Shown here piece by piece: positions 47,334-59,291 of a stretch of DNA of 64,000 nucleotides. Origin of the DNA: Tagaea sp. (GTDB lineage: Bacteria > Pseudomonadota > Alphaproteobacteria > CACIAM-22H2); NCBI GenBank assembly GCA_965279525.1, contig CBDIIB010000004.1, positions 288,001-352,000 of the forward strand, given 5' to 3'. The notes beneath the pieces were generated by a model. It did no database searches and had not been told where the DNA came from. It saw only the letters and a program-made list of their open reading frames with translations. The position numbers were made by a program, and so were the translations under genes. Within the stretch, counting starts at the first letter, position 1; the number at the start of each line of letters is the position of its first letter.

Positions 47334-47980
47334 CCGAGCGGCGCCTGCATGTGAAACTGAAGACCGCCAAGGGCCGCTCGACCGCGTCCCAGCAATGGAT
47401 CTCGCGCCAGCTCAACGATCCTTACGTGGGCAAGGCGATCGACCAGGGCTATCGCAGCCGGGCTGCCTTCAAGCTCATGGAGATCGACGACAAGTACAAG
47501 CTGCTGAAGAAGGGCTCGCGCGTCGTCGACCTCGGTGCGGCGCCCGGCGGCTGGACGCAGGTCGCCGTCGAGCGCGGCTGCGGCAAGGTCGTCGCCCTCG
47601 ACATCCTCGAGATGGCGCCGGTCGCGGGTGCCACCGTCCTGCAGGCCGATTTCCTCGATGCCAAGGCGCCCGCGAAACTGCAGGAGGTGCTGGGCGGCAA
47701 GGTCGATGTCGTGCTTTCCGACATGGCGCCCTCGACCACCGGCCATCGCGAGACCGACCACATGCGTATCGTCATCCTCGTCGAGGCGGCGATCGAGTTC
47801 ATGGCCCAGACGCTGCGCAAGGGCGGGGCGTTCGTGGCGAAGTTCCGCCAGGGGCCGGACGAGGTGAACATCTTCAAGGCGACCCAGACGCGCTTCGACA
47901 AGGTGGTGCGCGTCAAGCCGCCGGCCTCGCGATCCGAGTCGTCGGAGTTCTACATCGTCGCGATCGGCTTCAGGGGCTGA
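47330..47980 (+). CDS. rlmE: 23S rRNA Um2552 methyltransferase
   Basis: YRSRAAFKL, DLGAAPGGW, LSDMAP, KPPASRSESSE. Confidence 0.95.
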   Translation: MTERRLHVKLKTAKGRSTASQQWISRQLNDPYVGKAIDQGYRSRAAFKLMEIDDKYKLLKKGSRVVDLGAAPGGWTQVAVERGCGKVVALDILEMAPVAGATVLQADFLDAKAPAKLQEVLGGKVDVVLSDMAPSTTGHRETDHMRIVILVEAAIEFMAQTLRKGGAFVAKFRQGPDEVNIFKATQTRFDKVVRVKPPASRSESSEFYIVAIGFRG

Positions 47981-48041
47981 AAAGGCAACGATTCCCGGGG
48001 CCTCGAACGGGGTTCCCGCCGCCGCCCGACTGGTGTATTGA

Positions 48042-49537
<1,496 letters not shown>

Positions 49538-49538
<1 letters not shown>

Positions 49539-50863
49539 TGACGCCCGGCGGGCGCGCAGCCGCCGCGATCGAGATCCTCGACAAGATCATCGCCGACCGC
49601 ACGCCGGCCGACCGGCTGGCGAACGACTATTTCCGCTCGCGCCGCTATATCGGCTCGAAGGACCGCACGGCCGTGCAGGCCATCGTCTATGGCTGCCTGC
49701 GCCACCGCGCCCAGCTCGAATGGTGGCTGGCGCGCATCCGCGACGGTGCACGCCGCGAGCCCTTCGCGCCCAACGGCCGCGCGTGGGCCATCGCGTATCT
49801 GGCGATCCTGCAGAAGATCCCGCCCGAGAAGATCGCCACGACGTTCTCGGGCGAGCAGTACGACCCGCCGCCCTTGTCGCGCGGCGAGCAGGCCGCGGCC
49901 GAAGCCTTGTCGGGCCGCTCGATCGAACATCCCGACCAGCCCGAAGCCGTGCGCGCCAACGTGCCGGCCTGGATCGTGGGCCGCCTTCGCGTCCGCTTCG
50001 GCGACGATCACGCGCGCGAGATGGCCGCCTTCGCCGAGGAAGCGCCGCTGGATCTTCGCACCAACATCCTGAAGACCGACCGCAAGACGCTGCGCGGCCT
50101 CTTGAAGGACATCGGCATCGAGACCGAGCCCACGCGCCTGTCGCCGTGGGGCCTGCGCGCGGCGACGCGCGCGGCGCTGATGGCGAGCGAGCCCTACAAG
50201 GAAGGGCTGGTCGAGGTACAGGACGAAGGCTCGCAGCTCGTGGCCCTGCTCGTGGGTGCCGAACCCGGCATGCGCGTGTGCGATTTCTGCGCCGGGGCCG
50301 GCGGCAAGTCGCTCGCCATCGCGGCCACCATGGGCAACAAAGGCCAGGTCGCCGCGTGCGACGTGTCGGCCAAGCGGCTGGACGCCACGGGCCTGCGCCT
50401 GCGCCGCGCCGGCGTGTTCAATGTCGAGCGCACGACGCTGTCGGACGAGCGCGACAAGTGGGTCAAGAAGCACGCCGGCATGTACGACCGCGTGCTGGTC
50501 GACGCACCCTGCACGGGGACCGGCACCTGGCGGCGCAATCCCGACGCGCGCTGGACACTGCGCGAGGCCGAAATCGCCGAGCTTGCCGACAAGCAGCGCC
50601 GCATCCTTGAAAGTGCCGCCCGCCTCGTGAAGCCGGGCGGGCATCTCGTCTATGCGACCTGCTCGCTGCTGGCGGAAGAAAACGAGATGCAGGCCGACGC
50701 CTTCGCCGCCGCCCACCCGGAATTCGCCGTGCTGCCGGTGCCCGAACTATGGGCGAAGATGTCGTCGGCCCCGTGCCCGACGGCGGGGCCGTACCTCACG
50801 CTCAACCCCGCGCGCGACCGCACCGACGGGTTCTTCGTGGCCGCGTTCGTGCGCAGCGCGTAA
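49538..50863 (+). CDS. RsmB/NOP RNA m5C methyltransferase
   Basis: EVQDEGSQ, DFCAGAGGK, VDAPCTGTGTWRRNP, YATCS. Confidence 0.92.
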
Positions 50864-50875
50864 GCTCGCTCCGCC

Positions 50876-51472
50876 ATGCCGGTCCAGCTCCTGAAAGCCC
50901 ACATCGCCCACGCAAGGGGGATCGCGCGCGTCTATGTCGATGCGTGGCGCACGACCTATGCGGGGCTGCTGCCGGCCCGCGCGCTGACGGGCATGTCGTA
51001 CGACCGCCAGACGGTCGAATGGGCGCACCAGATCCGCCACAAGGGGCTGCACTGCCCGATCCTCGTCGCCTATGACGACCGGGCAGGGGTGATCGGCATG
51101 ACGAGCTTCGGCAAGTCGCGCATCGAGGATAGGCCGGCCTCGGCGCCGTTCCTGTCCGGCAACCCCGATTTCGGCTCGGGCGAGGTGTTCACGCTCTATG
51201 TCCACCCCGACCATCAGGATCGCGGCATCGGGCGCCAGCTGATGGGGGCGGCGTTCGCTGGCCTTCGCGAGCGCGGCCTTGCGAAGGCCTATGTCTGGGT
51301 GCTCGACAGCAATCCCGCGCGCTATTTCTACGAACGGATGGGCGGGCGCTACATCGCTGACCGCGACGAGGATCTGTGGGGGGTCGCGGTGTCGCAGGCC
51401 GCCTATGGCTGGCCCGACCTTGCGGCGGCACAGAGCCGGCTGGGCCTTGTCCGCCAGAGCCGTTTCGGGTAA
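50876..51472 (+). CDS. GNAT N-acetyltransferase
   Basis: [35 protein letters not shown]. Confidence 0.88.
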   Translation: MPVQLLKAHIAHARGIARVYVDAWRTTYAGLLPARALTGMSYDRQTVEWAHQIRHKGLHCPILVAYDDRAGVIGMTSFGKSRIEDRPASAPFLSGNPDFGSGEVFTLYVHPDHQDRGIGRQLMGAAFAGLRERGLAKAYVWVLDSNPARYFYERMGGRYIADRDEDLWGVAVSQAAYGWPDLAAAQSRLGLVRQSRFG

Positions 51473-51506
51473 TCGGATCGACCGCTTTTTGAAGGGACGT
51501 CGCACG

Positions 51507-53054
51507 TTGTCAGACAAAGTCCTGATCCTCGATTTCGGCAGCCAGGTCACCCAGCTCATCGCGCGCCGCGTGCGCGAAAGCGGCGTCTACTGCGAAGTGC
51601 TCCCGTTCAACGCCGACGAAGCGCGCCTGAAGGCGTTCGACGCCAGCGCCATCATCCTGTCGGGCGGCCCCGCCTCGGTCACCGAGAGCCACACGCCGCG
51701 CGCCCCGCAATACGTGTTCGAGGCGGGCGTGCCCGTGCTCGGCATCTGCTACGGCCAGCAGACGATGTGCGCCCAGCTCGGCGGCAAGGTCGAGAGCGGC
51801 CACCACCGCGAATTCGGCCGCGCCTTCATCGACATCTTCCAGGACTGCACGCTGTTCGACGGCGTGTGGCCCAAGGGGACGCGCGAGGAAGTGTGGATGA
51901 GCCACGGCGACCGCGTCGTGGCGCTGCCACCCGGCTTCCGCACCGTCGCCACCAGCGAGGGTGCTCCGTTCGCGGCCATCGCGGACGATGCGCGCCGCTT
52001 CTACGGCGTGCAGTTCCACCCGGAAGTCGTCCACACCCCGCACGGGGCGGCGTTGCTCAAGAACTTCACGACGCGCGTGGCGGGCCTCAAGGGCGATTGG
52101 ACGATGGCGGCCTTCCGCCAGCAGGCGATCGCCAAGATCCGCGCGCAGGTCGGCAAGGGCAGGGTGATCTGCGGGCTTTCGGGCGGTGTCGACTCATCCG
52201 TCGCGGCCGTACTCCTGCACGAGGCGATCGGCGACCAGCTCACCTGCATCCTCGTCGACCACGGGCTGATGCGGCTGGGCGAGGCCGACCAGGTGGTGGA
52301 GCTGTTCCGCGGCCACTACAACATCCCGCTCGTGCACCGCAACGCGCAGCAGGACTTCCTCGGCAAGCTCGACGGCGTCAGCGACCCCGAGCAGAAGCGC
52401 AAGATCATCGGTGCGACCTTCATCGACGTGTTCGAGGAAGAAGCGAAGAAGGTCGGCGGGGCCGATTTCCTCGCGCAGGGCACGCTCTATCCCGACGTGA
52501 TCGAAAGCGTGTCGTTCACCGGCGGCCCGTCGGTGACGATCAAGTCGCACCACAACGTGGGCGGCCTGCCGGCGCGCATGCGCATGAAGCTGGTGGAACC
52601 GCTGCGCGAACTCTTCAAGGACGAGGTGCGGGCCTTGGGCCGCGAACTCGGCCTGCCGGAAAGCCTCGTCGGCCGCCACCCGTTCCCGGGGCCGGGCCTC
52701 GCGATCCGCATCCCGGGCGACATCACGGGCGAGAAGCTCGACATCCTGCGCAAGGCCGACGCCGTCTATCTCGACGCGATCCGCAAGGCCGGCCTCTACG
52801 ACAAGATCTGGCAGGCCTTCGCGGTGCTGCTGCCGGTGAAGACCGTCGGCGTGATGGGCGACGCGCGCTCCTACGACTATGTCTGCGCGCTGCGCGCCGT
52901 GACCTCGACCGACGGCATGACCGCGGACTCGTACCCGTTCGAGCACGCGTTCCTGGCGGCCGTGGCCACGCGCATCATCAACGAAGTGCGCGGCATCAAC
53001 CGCGTGGTCTACGACGTGACGTCGAAGCCGCCGGGGACGATCGAGTGGGAGTGA
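51507..53054 (+). CDS. guaA: GMP synthase (glutamine-hydrolysing)
   Basis: [37 protein letters not shown]; TTG start. Confidence 0.97.
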   Translation: MSDKVLILDFGSQVTQLIARRVRESGVYCEVLPFNADEARLKAFDASAIILSGGPASVTESHTPRAPQYVFEAGVPVLGICYGQQTMCAQLGGKVESGHHREFGRAFIDIFQDCTLFDGVWPKGTREEVWMSHGDRVVALPPGFRTVATSEGAPFAAIADDARRFYGVQFHPEVVHTPHGAALLKNFTTRVAGLKGDWTMAAFRQQAIAKIRAQVGKGRVICGLSGGVDSSVAAVLLHEAIGDQLTCILVDHGLMRLGEADQVVELFRGHYNIPLVHRNAQQDFLGKLDGVSDPEQKRKIIGATFIDVFEEEAKKVGGADFLAQGTLYPDVIESVSFTGGPSVTIKSHHNVGGLPARMRMKLVEPLRELFKDEVRALGRELGLPESLVGRHPFPGPGLAIRIPGDITGEKLDILRKADAVYLDAIRKAGLYDKIWQAFAVLLPVKTVGVMGDARSYDYVCALRAVTSTDGMTADSYPFEHAFLAAVATRIINEVRGINRVVYDVTSKPPGTIEWE

Positions 53055-53067
53055 TGCCCGCGCGCCG

Positions 53068-53988
53068 CTAGCGCCGGGTTCGCTCGACATCGGCAAGCCG
53101 CGCTCGCAGGCGCGGAGCGGCGAAATCGAGAAACGCCCGCATCTTCGACGGCAACTCGCCGCGTGCCGCATGCAAGAGATGCACGGGCAGTGGCTCCGGC
53201 TCGTCGCGTTCAAGCACGATACGCAGGGTGCCGTCGTGCATCGCGTCGATGCAATGATAGTGGAGCACACGCACGGCGCCCACGCCTTGCGTGGCGGCCC
53301 AGACCGCGGCATCGGCCGTGGAGACGGTGAGGCGCGGGCGGATCGAGATGTCGTTCGTCCGTTTCGTGCCACCCTTCCGGAACGACCAGACGGCGAGCCG
53401 TGTGGGCATCGTGAAACTGATGCACGGCATCTTCACGAGGTCGGCAGGCGTTTTCGGCGTGCCGTATTTCTTGAGGAGGGCCGGGCTCGCGCACACGACC
53501 GTGCGCATCTGGCCGATGCGCGTTGCCACCATGCTGCTGTCGGGCAGTGCACCGATGCGCACGGCAAGGTCGATATGCTCGTCGACCAGTTGCAGGTTCC
53601 GGTCGGACAGCAGCAGACGCACGTCGATCTCGGGATATCCGGCGAGAAACTCGGCGACGATCGGCAACACATGCAGGCGGCCGAACAGGATCGGCGCGGT
53701 CAATACCAGGTCGCCGCGCGGCGTCTCGAACTCGCCGGCCGCTTTGCTCTCTGCCTCGTTCACCGCTTCGATGATGCGCCGCGCTGCGACGAGATAGTCA
53801 GCACCTGCGTCTGTCAGTGCCAGCCGGCGGGTCGTGCGGACCAGAAGGCGCGTGCCGAGATGGGATTCGAGATCGCCGATTTTGCGGCTGACGGTCGCCA
53901 GCGGCATTCGCATGTCGCGCGCCGCGGCCGAGAAACTGCCCGTGTCGACGACGCGGGTGAGGATCGACATCGCTTCCAGACGGTCCAT
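53068..53988 (-). CDS. LysR-family regulator
   Basis: MDRLEAM..GSFSAAAR..VSRKI..LLVRTTR. Confidence 0.93.
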   Translation of the reverse strand: MDRLEAMSILTRVVDTGSFSAAARDMRMPLATVSRKIGDLESHLGTRLLVRTTRRLALTDAGADYLVAARRIIEAVNEAESKAAGEFETPRGDLVLTAPILFGRLHVLPIVAEFLAGYPEIDVRLLLSDRNLQLVDEHIDLAVRIGALPDSSMVATRIGQMRTVVCASPALLKKYGTPKTPADLVKMPCISFTMPTRLAVWSFRKGGTKRTNDISIRPRLTVSTADAAVWAATQGVGAVRVLHYHCIDAMHDGTLRIVLERDEPEPLPVHLLHAARGELPSKMRAFLDFAAPRLRARLADVERTRR

Positions 53989-54106
53989 GAATATCCCGTA
54001 ATTCGAGAGAATATCTATAGAAGTTACAGGATTATCGAACAATCCGGAATGGCCTATTCCTGTGATCGCCGGGCCGATCGGCCCAGCGTTCCGGACAGGA
54101 GGGAAA

Positions 54107-54736
54107 ATGGCCTACGGTTTTCTCGATATCGCGGCTACCGACGACGTGCGCGCGGTGCAGGCGGAGATGGGAAGCGCCGAGGTATTCGCCCGCTTCGCAG
54201 GCGACAGGAAGTTCGACCGCTTTACCCCGAACGAGGCCGCCTTCATCGCGGCGCGCGACAGCTTCTACATGGCCAGCGTTTCGCAGACGGGCTGGCCCTA
54301 TGTGCAACATCGCGGCGGGCCGCCGGGATTCCTGAAGGTGATCGATCCGCAGACGCTTGCCTTCGCCGACTATCGTGGCAATCGGCAGTACATCAGCGTG
54401 GGCAACCTGCGCGGCGAAGGCCGCGTGGCCATGATCCTGATGGATCACGCGGCGCGCGCGCGACTTAAAATCTACGCGCATGCCGAGGCCGTGTCTCTCG
54501 ATGCCGATCTCGCATTGACGGCACAGGTCGTCGATGTCGGGTACAAGGCAAAGCCGGAGCGCATCGTGCGCCTTCGCCTGTCGGCGTTCGACTGGAACTG
54601 CCCGCAGCACATCGTGCCGCGCTTCACGCGCGAAGAACTCGCCGACGCGATGGGCTCGGTGAGCGAACGCCTCGAGGCTCTCGAGAAGGAGAACGCGGAA
54701 CTTCGCGCTAAGCTGTCGGATGTCAGCGGAGGCTGA
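54107..54736 (+). CDS. Pyridoxamine 5'-phosphate oxidase-like FMN-binding protein
   Basis: GWPYVQHRGGPPGF, DYRGNRQYIS, FDWNCPQHI. Confidence 0.88.
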   Translation: MAYGFLDIAATDDVRAVQAEMGSAEVFARFAGDRKFDRFTPNEAAFIAARDSFYMASVSQTGWPYVQHRGGPPGFLKVIDPQTLAFADYRGNRQYISVGNLRGEGRVAMILMDHAARARLKIYAHAEAVSLDADLALTAQVVDVGYKAKPERIVRLRLSAFDWNCPQHIVPRFTREELADAMGSVSERLEALEKENAELRAKLSDVSGG

Positions 54737-55181
54737 GCGCCAATTCCTCCAGCTGATCCGCCGCCATGCCCCACCCCACGTGGAACCCCATCGCCTCGTG
54801 CTGCTTGCAATCGGCCTCGGTCCAGTGCCGCGCGCCGGCCACGTAGTGCGTGCCGCCGCCCGGCGCGTCCTTGAGGTGCACGTAGGCGACCATGAAGGGC
54901 TTGGCGGTCGGCACGAAGCCTGCGGTGAAGGCGTCGGTGAAGACGAGGCGTTCCATCGGCACCACCTCCAGCCAGCAGCCGGGGTTCTCGTGGCGCTCGC
55001 CGTTCGGGCCTTTCATGATGACCAGCGACTTGCCGCCGGGCTTCAGGTCGAACTCGGCATGTTCCACGCCCCACGGCTTCGGGCAGAACCATTGCTTGAG
55101 CAGTTCGGTCTCGGTCCAGCAGCGCCAGATCGCCTTGCGCGAGGCTTTGAAGGTGCGTTCGATCTGCAGATCGTGGCTCAT
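54723..55181 (-). CDS. SRPBCC/AHSA1-family protein
   Basis: LKQWFCPKPW, RLVFTDA, HEAMGFHVGW. Confidence 0.88.
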   Translation of the reverse strand: MSHDLQIERTFKASRKAIWRCWTETELLKQWFCPKPWGVEHAEFDLKPGGKSLVIMKGPNGERHENPGCWLEVVPMERLVFTDAFTAGFVPTAKPFMVAYVHLKDAPGGGTHYVAGARHWTEADCKQHEAMGFHVGWGMAADQLEELALSLR

Positions 55182-55810
55182 GGCTTGGCGGCTTTCTTCT
55201 TTTTGGGGCGGAACAGGGAACGGACATAGCGTTTGAGGTGGTCGATCGTGTCGATCACGACGGCCGGGTTGTTGCGCGCCTTGGCGACGACGAACGCACC
55301 CTGCAGCACGACCTGCGTGTGCAGCGCCAGGCTTTCGGCCGTCCAGCCGGGCAGGGGCTTGTGGGTTTTCATCGCGGCGGCGATGTCGGCCACCAGCGTG
55401 GTCGCGTGGCCGAAGATCGACGCGTCGCACGCATCGCGCACGCGCGGGTGCGAGACATAGACCTCCTGCACCAGCGTGCCGACAAGGCAGGTCAAGTCCG
55501 GCAGGTCGCCCTGCGCGAGCGTTTTCCGGAAATCGAGATAGGCGAGGATGCGCGCCAGCGGATCACGGTGCTTGTGATAGGCGGCTTCGACGAACAACCC
55601 GCTCGTCCAGACCCGCCAGTGGTCCGCGACCGCGACTCCGAGATCTTCCTTGCCGGTGAAATGGTGGAAGAACGCGCCCTTGGTGACGCCGGCCGCCTTG
55701 CAAAGATCGTCGATGCTGGTCGCCGCGAAGCCGTTCCGCCGCACGAGGGTGACGGCGGCGTCGAGCAGCTTCGCGCGGGCGTTGGGCAGGGCCGGGGCGG
55801 CGGTGGACAT
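55178..55810 (-). CDS. TetR-family regulator
   Basis: GFAATSIDDLCKAAGVTKGAFFHHF. Confidence 0.92.
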   Translation of the reverse strand: MSTAAPALPNARAKLLDAAVTLVRRNGFAATSIDDLCKAAGVTKGAFFHHFTGKEDLGVAVADHWRVWTSGLFVEAAYHKHRDPLARILAYLDFRKTLAQGDLPDLTCLVGTLVQEVYVSHPRVRDACDASIFGHATTLVADIAAAMKTHKPLPGWTAESLALHTQVVLQGAFVVAKARNNPAVVIDTIDHLKRYVRSLFRPKKKKAAKP

Positions 55811-55819
55811 GATTGACAA

Positions 55820-55839
55820 CATACCGACCGGTCGGTATG
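55820..55839. promoter_or_regulatory. TetR operator CATACCGACC/GGTCGGTATG
   Basis: Perfect 20-bp palindrome between divergent genes, flanked by TTGAC (55813) and GTCAA (55843). Confidence 0.8.
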
Positions 55840-55866
55840 CAGGTCAAGCAACGGGAGGAGAAAACG

Positions 55867-56235
55867 ATGAAAACCAAGATGGGCTATGTCGACGGTTTCG
55901 TGCTGGCGGTGCCGACGCGCAACAAGGCGGCCTACGCGAAGCTGGCCAAGCTCGGCTGGACGAAGATGTTCCGCGATCTGGGCGCCATCCGGCAGGTCGA
56001 GGCGTGGGCCGACGACGTGCCGAAGGGCAAGTGGACGGACTTCCACCGTTCGGTGAAGGCGAAGAAGACCGAGAGCGTCGTCTTCGCGTGGATCGAATGG
56101 CCGTCGCGCAAGGTGCGCGATGCCGCCATGAAGAAGATGATGTCCGATCCGAAGTTCAAGGACATGTTCAAGGAGATGCCGTTCGACGGCAAGCGCATGA
56201 TTTTCGGAGGGTTTAAGCCGATTTTCCAGAGCTGA
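55867..56235 (+). CDS. DUF1428-family protein
   Basis: YVDGFVLAVP, DDVPKGKWTDF, MPFDGKRMIFGGF. Confidence 0.9.
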   Translation: MKTKMGYVDGFVLAVPTRNKAAYAKLAKLGWTKMFRDLGAIRQVEAWADDVPKGKWTDFHRSVKAKKTESVVFAWIEWPSRKVRDAAMKKMMSDPKFKDMFKEMPFDGKRMIFGGFKPIFQS

Positions 56236-56355
56236 CCCGGACGGTTCCGGGGGCGGGGACGGGGGCCGGAGCGCCCGCAAATAGGCTGTGGCGTTCCGGC
56301 CGCGATTTAAGTAGCGTGCGGCCAATCGTCCCCACCCCGGAGTAACAGACAGAAT

Positions 56356-56922
56356 ATGGCCCCTTTCAATCCCGGCCCGACCAAGACCATCGAAGCGGTC
56401 GTCAAGTGGTTCAACACGACCAAGGGCTTCGGCTTCGTCGCACCGACGGACGGGTCGCCGGACGTGTTCCTGCATGCCGCCGCCCTCGAGCAGGCGGGCC
56501 TGCCGCCGCCGGGCGAGGGTGCGAAGATCAAGTGCGAGGTCGGTCCCGGCAAGAAGGGTCCGCAGGTCGTGCGCGTGCACGAGGTCGACGGCCGTGCGGG
56601 CACGGGCGGCGGTGCCCCGGGTGGCGGTGGCGGCGGAATGGGCGCACCGCGTGGCGGTGCACGTCCGGCACCGCGGGGCGGCAATTTCCGCGACGAGGTC
56701 GACATGGCCGGTGCGGTCGATGTCGAGGGCACGATCAAGTGGTATTCGCCCGAGAAGGGCTACGGCTTCGTCGCCACCAGCGACGGCGGCAAGGACGTGT
56801 TCGTCAACGCCGCGTGCCTGCGCCGGTCGAGCATTCCGTCGGTCGACGTCGACCAGGCCGTGCGCGCTTCCTACGTGACGACGCCGCGCGGGCGCGAGGC
56901 ACGCTACATTCGCCTGCTTTGA
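56356..56922 (+). CDS. Two-domain cold-shock protein
   Basis: VKWFNTTKGFGF..DVFLH and IKWYSPEKGYGF..DVFV joined by a Gly-rich linker. Confidence 0.92.
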   Translation: MAPFNPGPTKTIEAVVKWFNTTKGFGFVAPTDGSPDVFLHAAALEQAGLPPPGEGAKIKCEVGPGKKGPQVVRVHEVDGRAGTGGGAPGGGGGGMGAPRGGARPAPRGGNFRDEVDMAGAVDVEGTIKWYSPEKGYGFVATSDGGKDVFVNAACLRRSSIPSVDVDQAVRASYVTTPRGREARYIRLL

Positions 56923-56976
56923 CAAAACGGTCGCCGATATGGTCATGCTTGGGGGCCTTCCCCCGGAGACTTGTCG

Positions 56977-57192
56977 ATGACCATTTACACGCGCCGCCTC
57001 AGCGACAAGATCATTCTGGCCTTCGAACAGGCGTGCGAGACGCAGGCACTCGACTGCGCCGAACTGCTCTTGAAGGCGCTCGAGATGTCGCTGACGACGA
57101 TGGGCGGGCCGGGGGCGGTCGACCGGCGGGTCAACATGGAGCCTTACGTCCATGCCTTCGAGCGGCTCCAAGCCCTGAAAAGCGGGCGCTAA
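56977..57192 (+). CDS. Small hypothetical protein
   Basis: GGAG RBS; RRLSDKIILAFEQAC..DRR; host codon usage. Confidence 0.7.
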   Translation: MTIYTRRLSDKIILAFEQACETQALDCAELLLKALEMSLTTMGGPGAVDRRVNMEPYVHAFERLQALKSGR

Positions 57193-57307
57193 CTGCCTAA
57201 TCGGCAATGGAATTGAGGCGCCGGTGTGGCGCCATTCGTGATTTGCGCCCTGCGGCCGGACGGGCTAGTTTGGCGCACCTTTTCCCGCCCCCAAGAGTCG
57301 AGGCACC

Positions 57308-57946
57308 GTGGCCGACGTATTCGATGAAGTCGACGAGGATCTGAGGCGCGCGAAAGCGCTGAAGCTCTGGAAGAAGTTCGCCCCGCTGGTCGTGGGTGCG
57401 GCCGTCGCGATCGTCGTGGGCACCGCCGCGTGGGTCATGTGGCAGGACCACCAGCGCAAGCGTGCCGAGGCCGAATCGCTGCGCTTCGTGACCGCGAGCG
57501 ACCTTGCCGCGACCGACGCCGAACGCGCCATCGCCGAGCTGCGTGCCCTGGCGCGCGACGGCAAGGCCGGCTACGCCTCGCTCGCCCGCCTCAAGGAAGC
57601 CTCGGTGACGCTCGAGCGCGACCGCGCGCAGGGCCTCGCCCTCTACCGGCAGATCGCGGCGGACAGTTCCGTCGACCAGCAGCTACGCGAAGGGGCCACG
57701 GTCGTCGCCGCCCTGCTCGCGGTCGATCGCGAAGCACCGGCCGACGTGACCAAGGCGCTCGGGCCCCTCCAGTCGCCCGCCGGTGCGTGGCGCCATGCCG
57801 CGCGCGAAGTCGAAGCGCTTGCGCTGCTGCGCGCCGGCGACCGGGCCAAGGCGCTCGAGATCTACCGCTCGCTCGCCGACGATCTGAGTGCGCCTGCCGG
57901 CCTGCGCCAGCGCGCGGCCGAGATCACCGCAGCGCTGGCCGGCTGA
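57308..57946 (+). CDS. YfgM-like TPR membrane protein
   Basis: DVFDEVDEDLRR..LWKK, single TM; position before bamB-der. Confidence 0.88.
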   Translation: MADVFDEVDEDLRRAKALKLWKKFAPLVVGAAVAIVVGTAAWVMWQDHQRKRAEAESLRFVTASDLAATDAERAIAELRALARDGKAGYASLARLKEASVTLERDRAQGLALYRQIAADSSVDQQLREGATVVAALLAVDREAPADVTKALGPLQSPAGAWRHAAREVEALALLRAGDRAKALEIYRSLADDLSAPAGLRQRAAEITAALAG

Positions 57947-57963
57947 CGGGACGTCGAACAGTC

Positions 57964-59277
57964 ATGCGCTGGCGCTCTCTCGTCCTGATCGCGGCCGTCT
58001 CGGCACTGGGTGCCTGCGACTGGATGCAAGGTGCCAGCAAGCCGCCGCTGCCGGGCGAGCGTACGTCCGTGCTCACGGTCGACCGCAGGATCGAACCGGA
58101 CGAGCGCCTGCGCGGGCACGACGTCAAGCTTCCGGAAGCTGCCGACATCGCCCAGTGGCCGCAGCCGCAGGGCCAGCCGGGCACGTCGATCGGCAACGTT
58201 CGCGTCGACGGTTTCACCTATGCGTGGCGGGCCTCGATTGGCGACGGCAACAGCCGCTCGGGCCGCGTCAGCGGTTCGCCCGTCGTCGCCGACGGCCGCC
58301 TGTTTGCCGCCGACGCCAGCTCGCGGCTCGCGGCCATCGACGTGCGCAACGGCAGCCGGCTGTGGACCTTCGTGGGCGAGCCCAACGAGGACCGCAGTGG
58401 CGGCGGGTCGGGCGGCGGGGCGGCGGTCGAGGGCGACCGGGTCTATTTCGCGACCGGCTACGGCCAGCTCGTGGCGCTCGAGGCCGCGACCGGCAAGGAA
58501 GTCTGGCGCTTCCAGATGAGTGCGCCCGCCCGTTCGGGGCCGGCGGTCGCGGGCGGGCGCGTGTTCGTCGCCACGATCGACAACCAGACGCATGCGGTCG
58601 ACACCGCGACCGGCAAGCGCATCTGGCAGCATTCGGGTATTTCGGAATCCGCCGGCTTCGTCGGGGCGGCGAGCCCGGTCGTCGACGGCTCGACCGTGCT
58701 GGTCGGCTATTCGTCGGGCGAACTCTTTGCACTTCGTGCCGAAAGCGGCCGCGTGCTGTGGTCCGATACGCTGTCGGGCGTGATCCGCACGGGTCAGGTC
58801 TCCGGCATGGCCGACATCCGCGGCCGGCCCGCGGTCGACCGCGGCCTCGCGATCGTGTCGACCCAGTCGGGCCGGACCGTCGCGATCGACCTGCGGTCGG
58901 GGACGCGCATCTGGGAACAGGAAATCGGCTCGCTCGGCCAGCCGTGGATCGCCGGCGACTACGTGTTCGTCATGGGCGTGGACGGCGACCTCGCGTGCCT
59001 GCAGCGGCGCGACGGGCGCGTGGTCTGGGTGACGCCGCTGGGCGCTTTCACCGACGCGGCGCGCAAGCGCGGCCGCATCGTGTGGACCGGGCCGGTCGTG
59101 GCCAGCCAGCGCGTGGTCGTCGCCAACAACAAGGAATATGCGGTCGTCGTCGACGCCGCCAGCGGTGCCGTCGTCTCGCGCATCTCGATGCCGGGTTCGG
59201 CCGAGGTGGCGCCGATCGCGGCAAGCCGCACCATTTTCGTGCTTACGGACGACGGCGACATCGCCGCCGTGCGCTGA
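57964..59277 (+). CDS. bamB: BamB-like PQQ beta-propeller lipoprotein
   Basis: Lipobox LGAC, repeated A.D..TGK..W blades; yfgM-bamB-der synteny. Confidence 0.85.
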   Translation: MRWRSLVLIAAVSALGACDWMQGASKPPLPGERTSVLTVDRRIEPDERLRGHDVKLPEAADIAQWPQPQGQPGTSIGNVRVDGFTYAWRASIGDGNSRSGRVSGSPVVADGRLFAADASSRLAAIDVRNGSRLWTFVGEPNEDRSGGGSGGGAAVEGDRVYFATGYGQLVALEAATGKEVWRFQMSAPARSGPAVAGGRVFVATIDNQTHAVDTATGKRIWQHSGISESAGFVGAASPVVDGSTVLVGYSSGELFALRAESGRVLWSDTLSGVIRTGQVSGMADIRGRPAVDRGLAIVSTQSGRTVAIDLRSGTRIWEQEIGSLGQPWIAGDYVFVMGVDGDLACLQRRDGRVVWVTPLGAFTDAARKRGRIVWTGPVVASQRVVVANNKEYAVVVDAASGAVVSRISMPGSAEVAPIAASRTIFVLTDDGDIAAVR

Positions 59278-59291
59278 AAGGCAGTTTCCAG

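Noticed and set aside
54107-54736. PNPOx-family gene as the missing PdxH step of the island B6 pathway
   Set aside because: Outside the island, and a generic FMN split-barrel subfamily paired with LysR that lacks PdxH signature motifs
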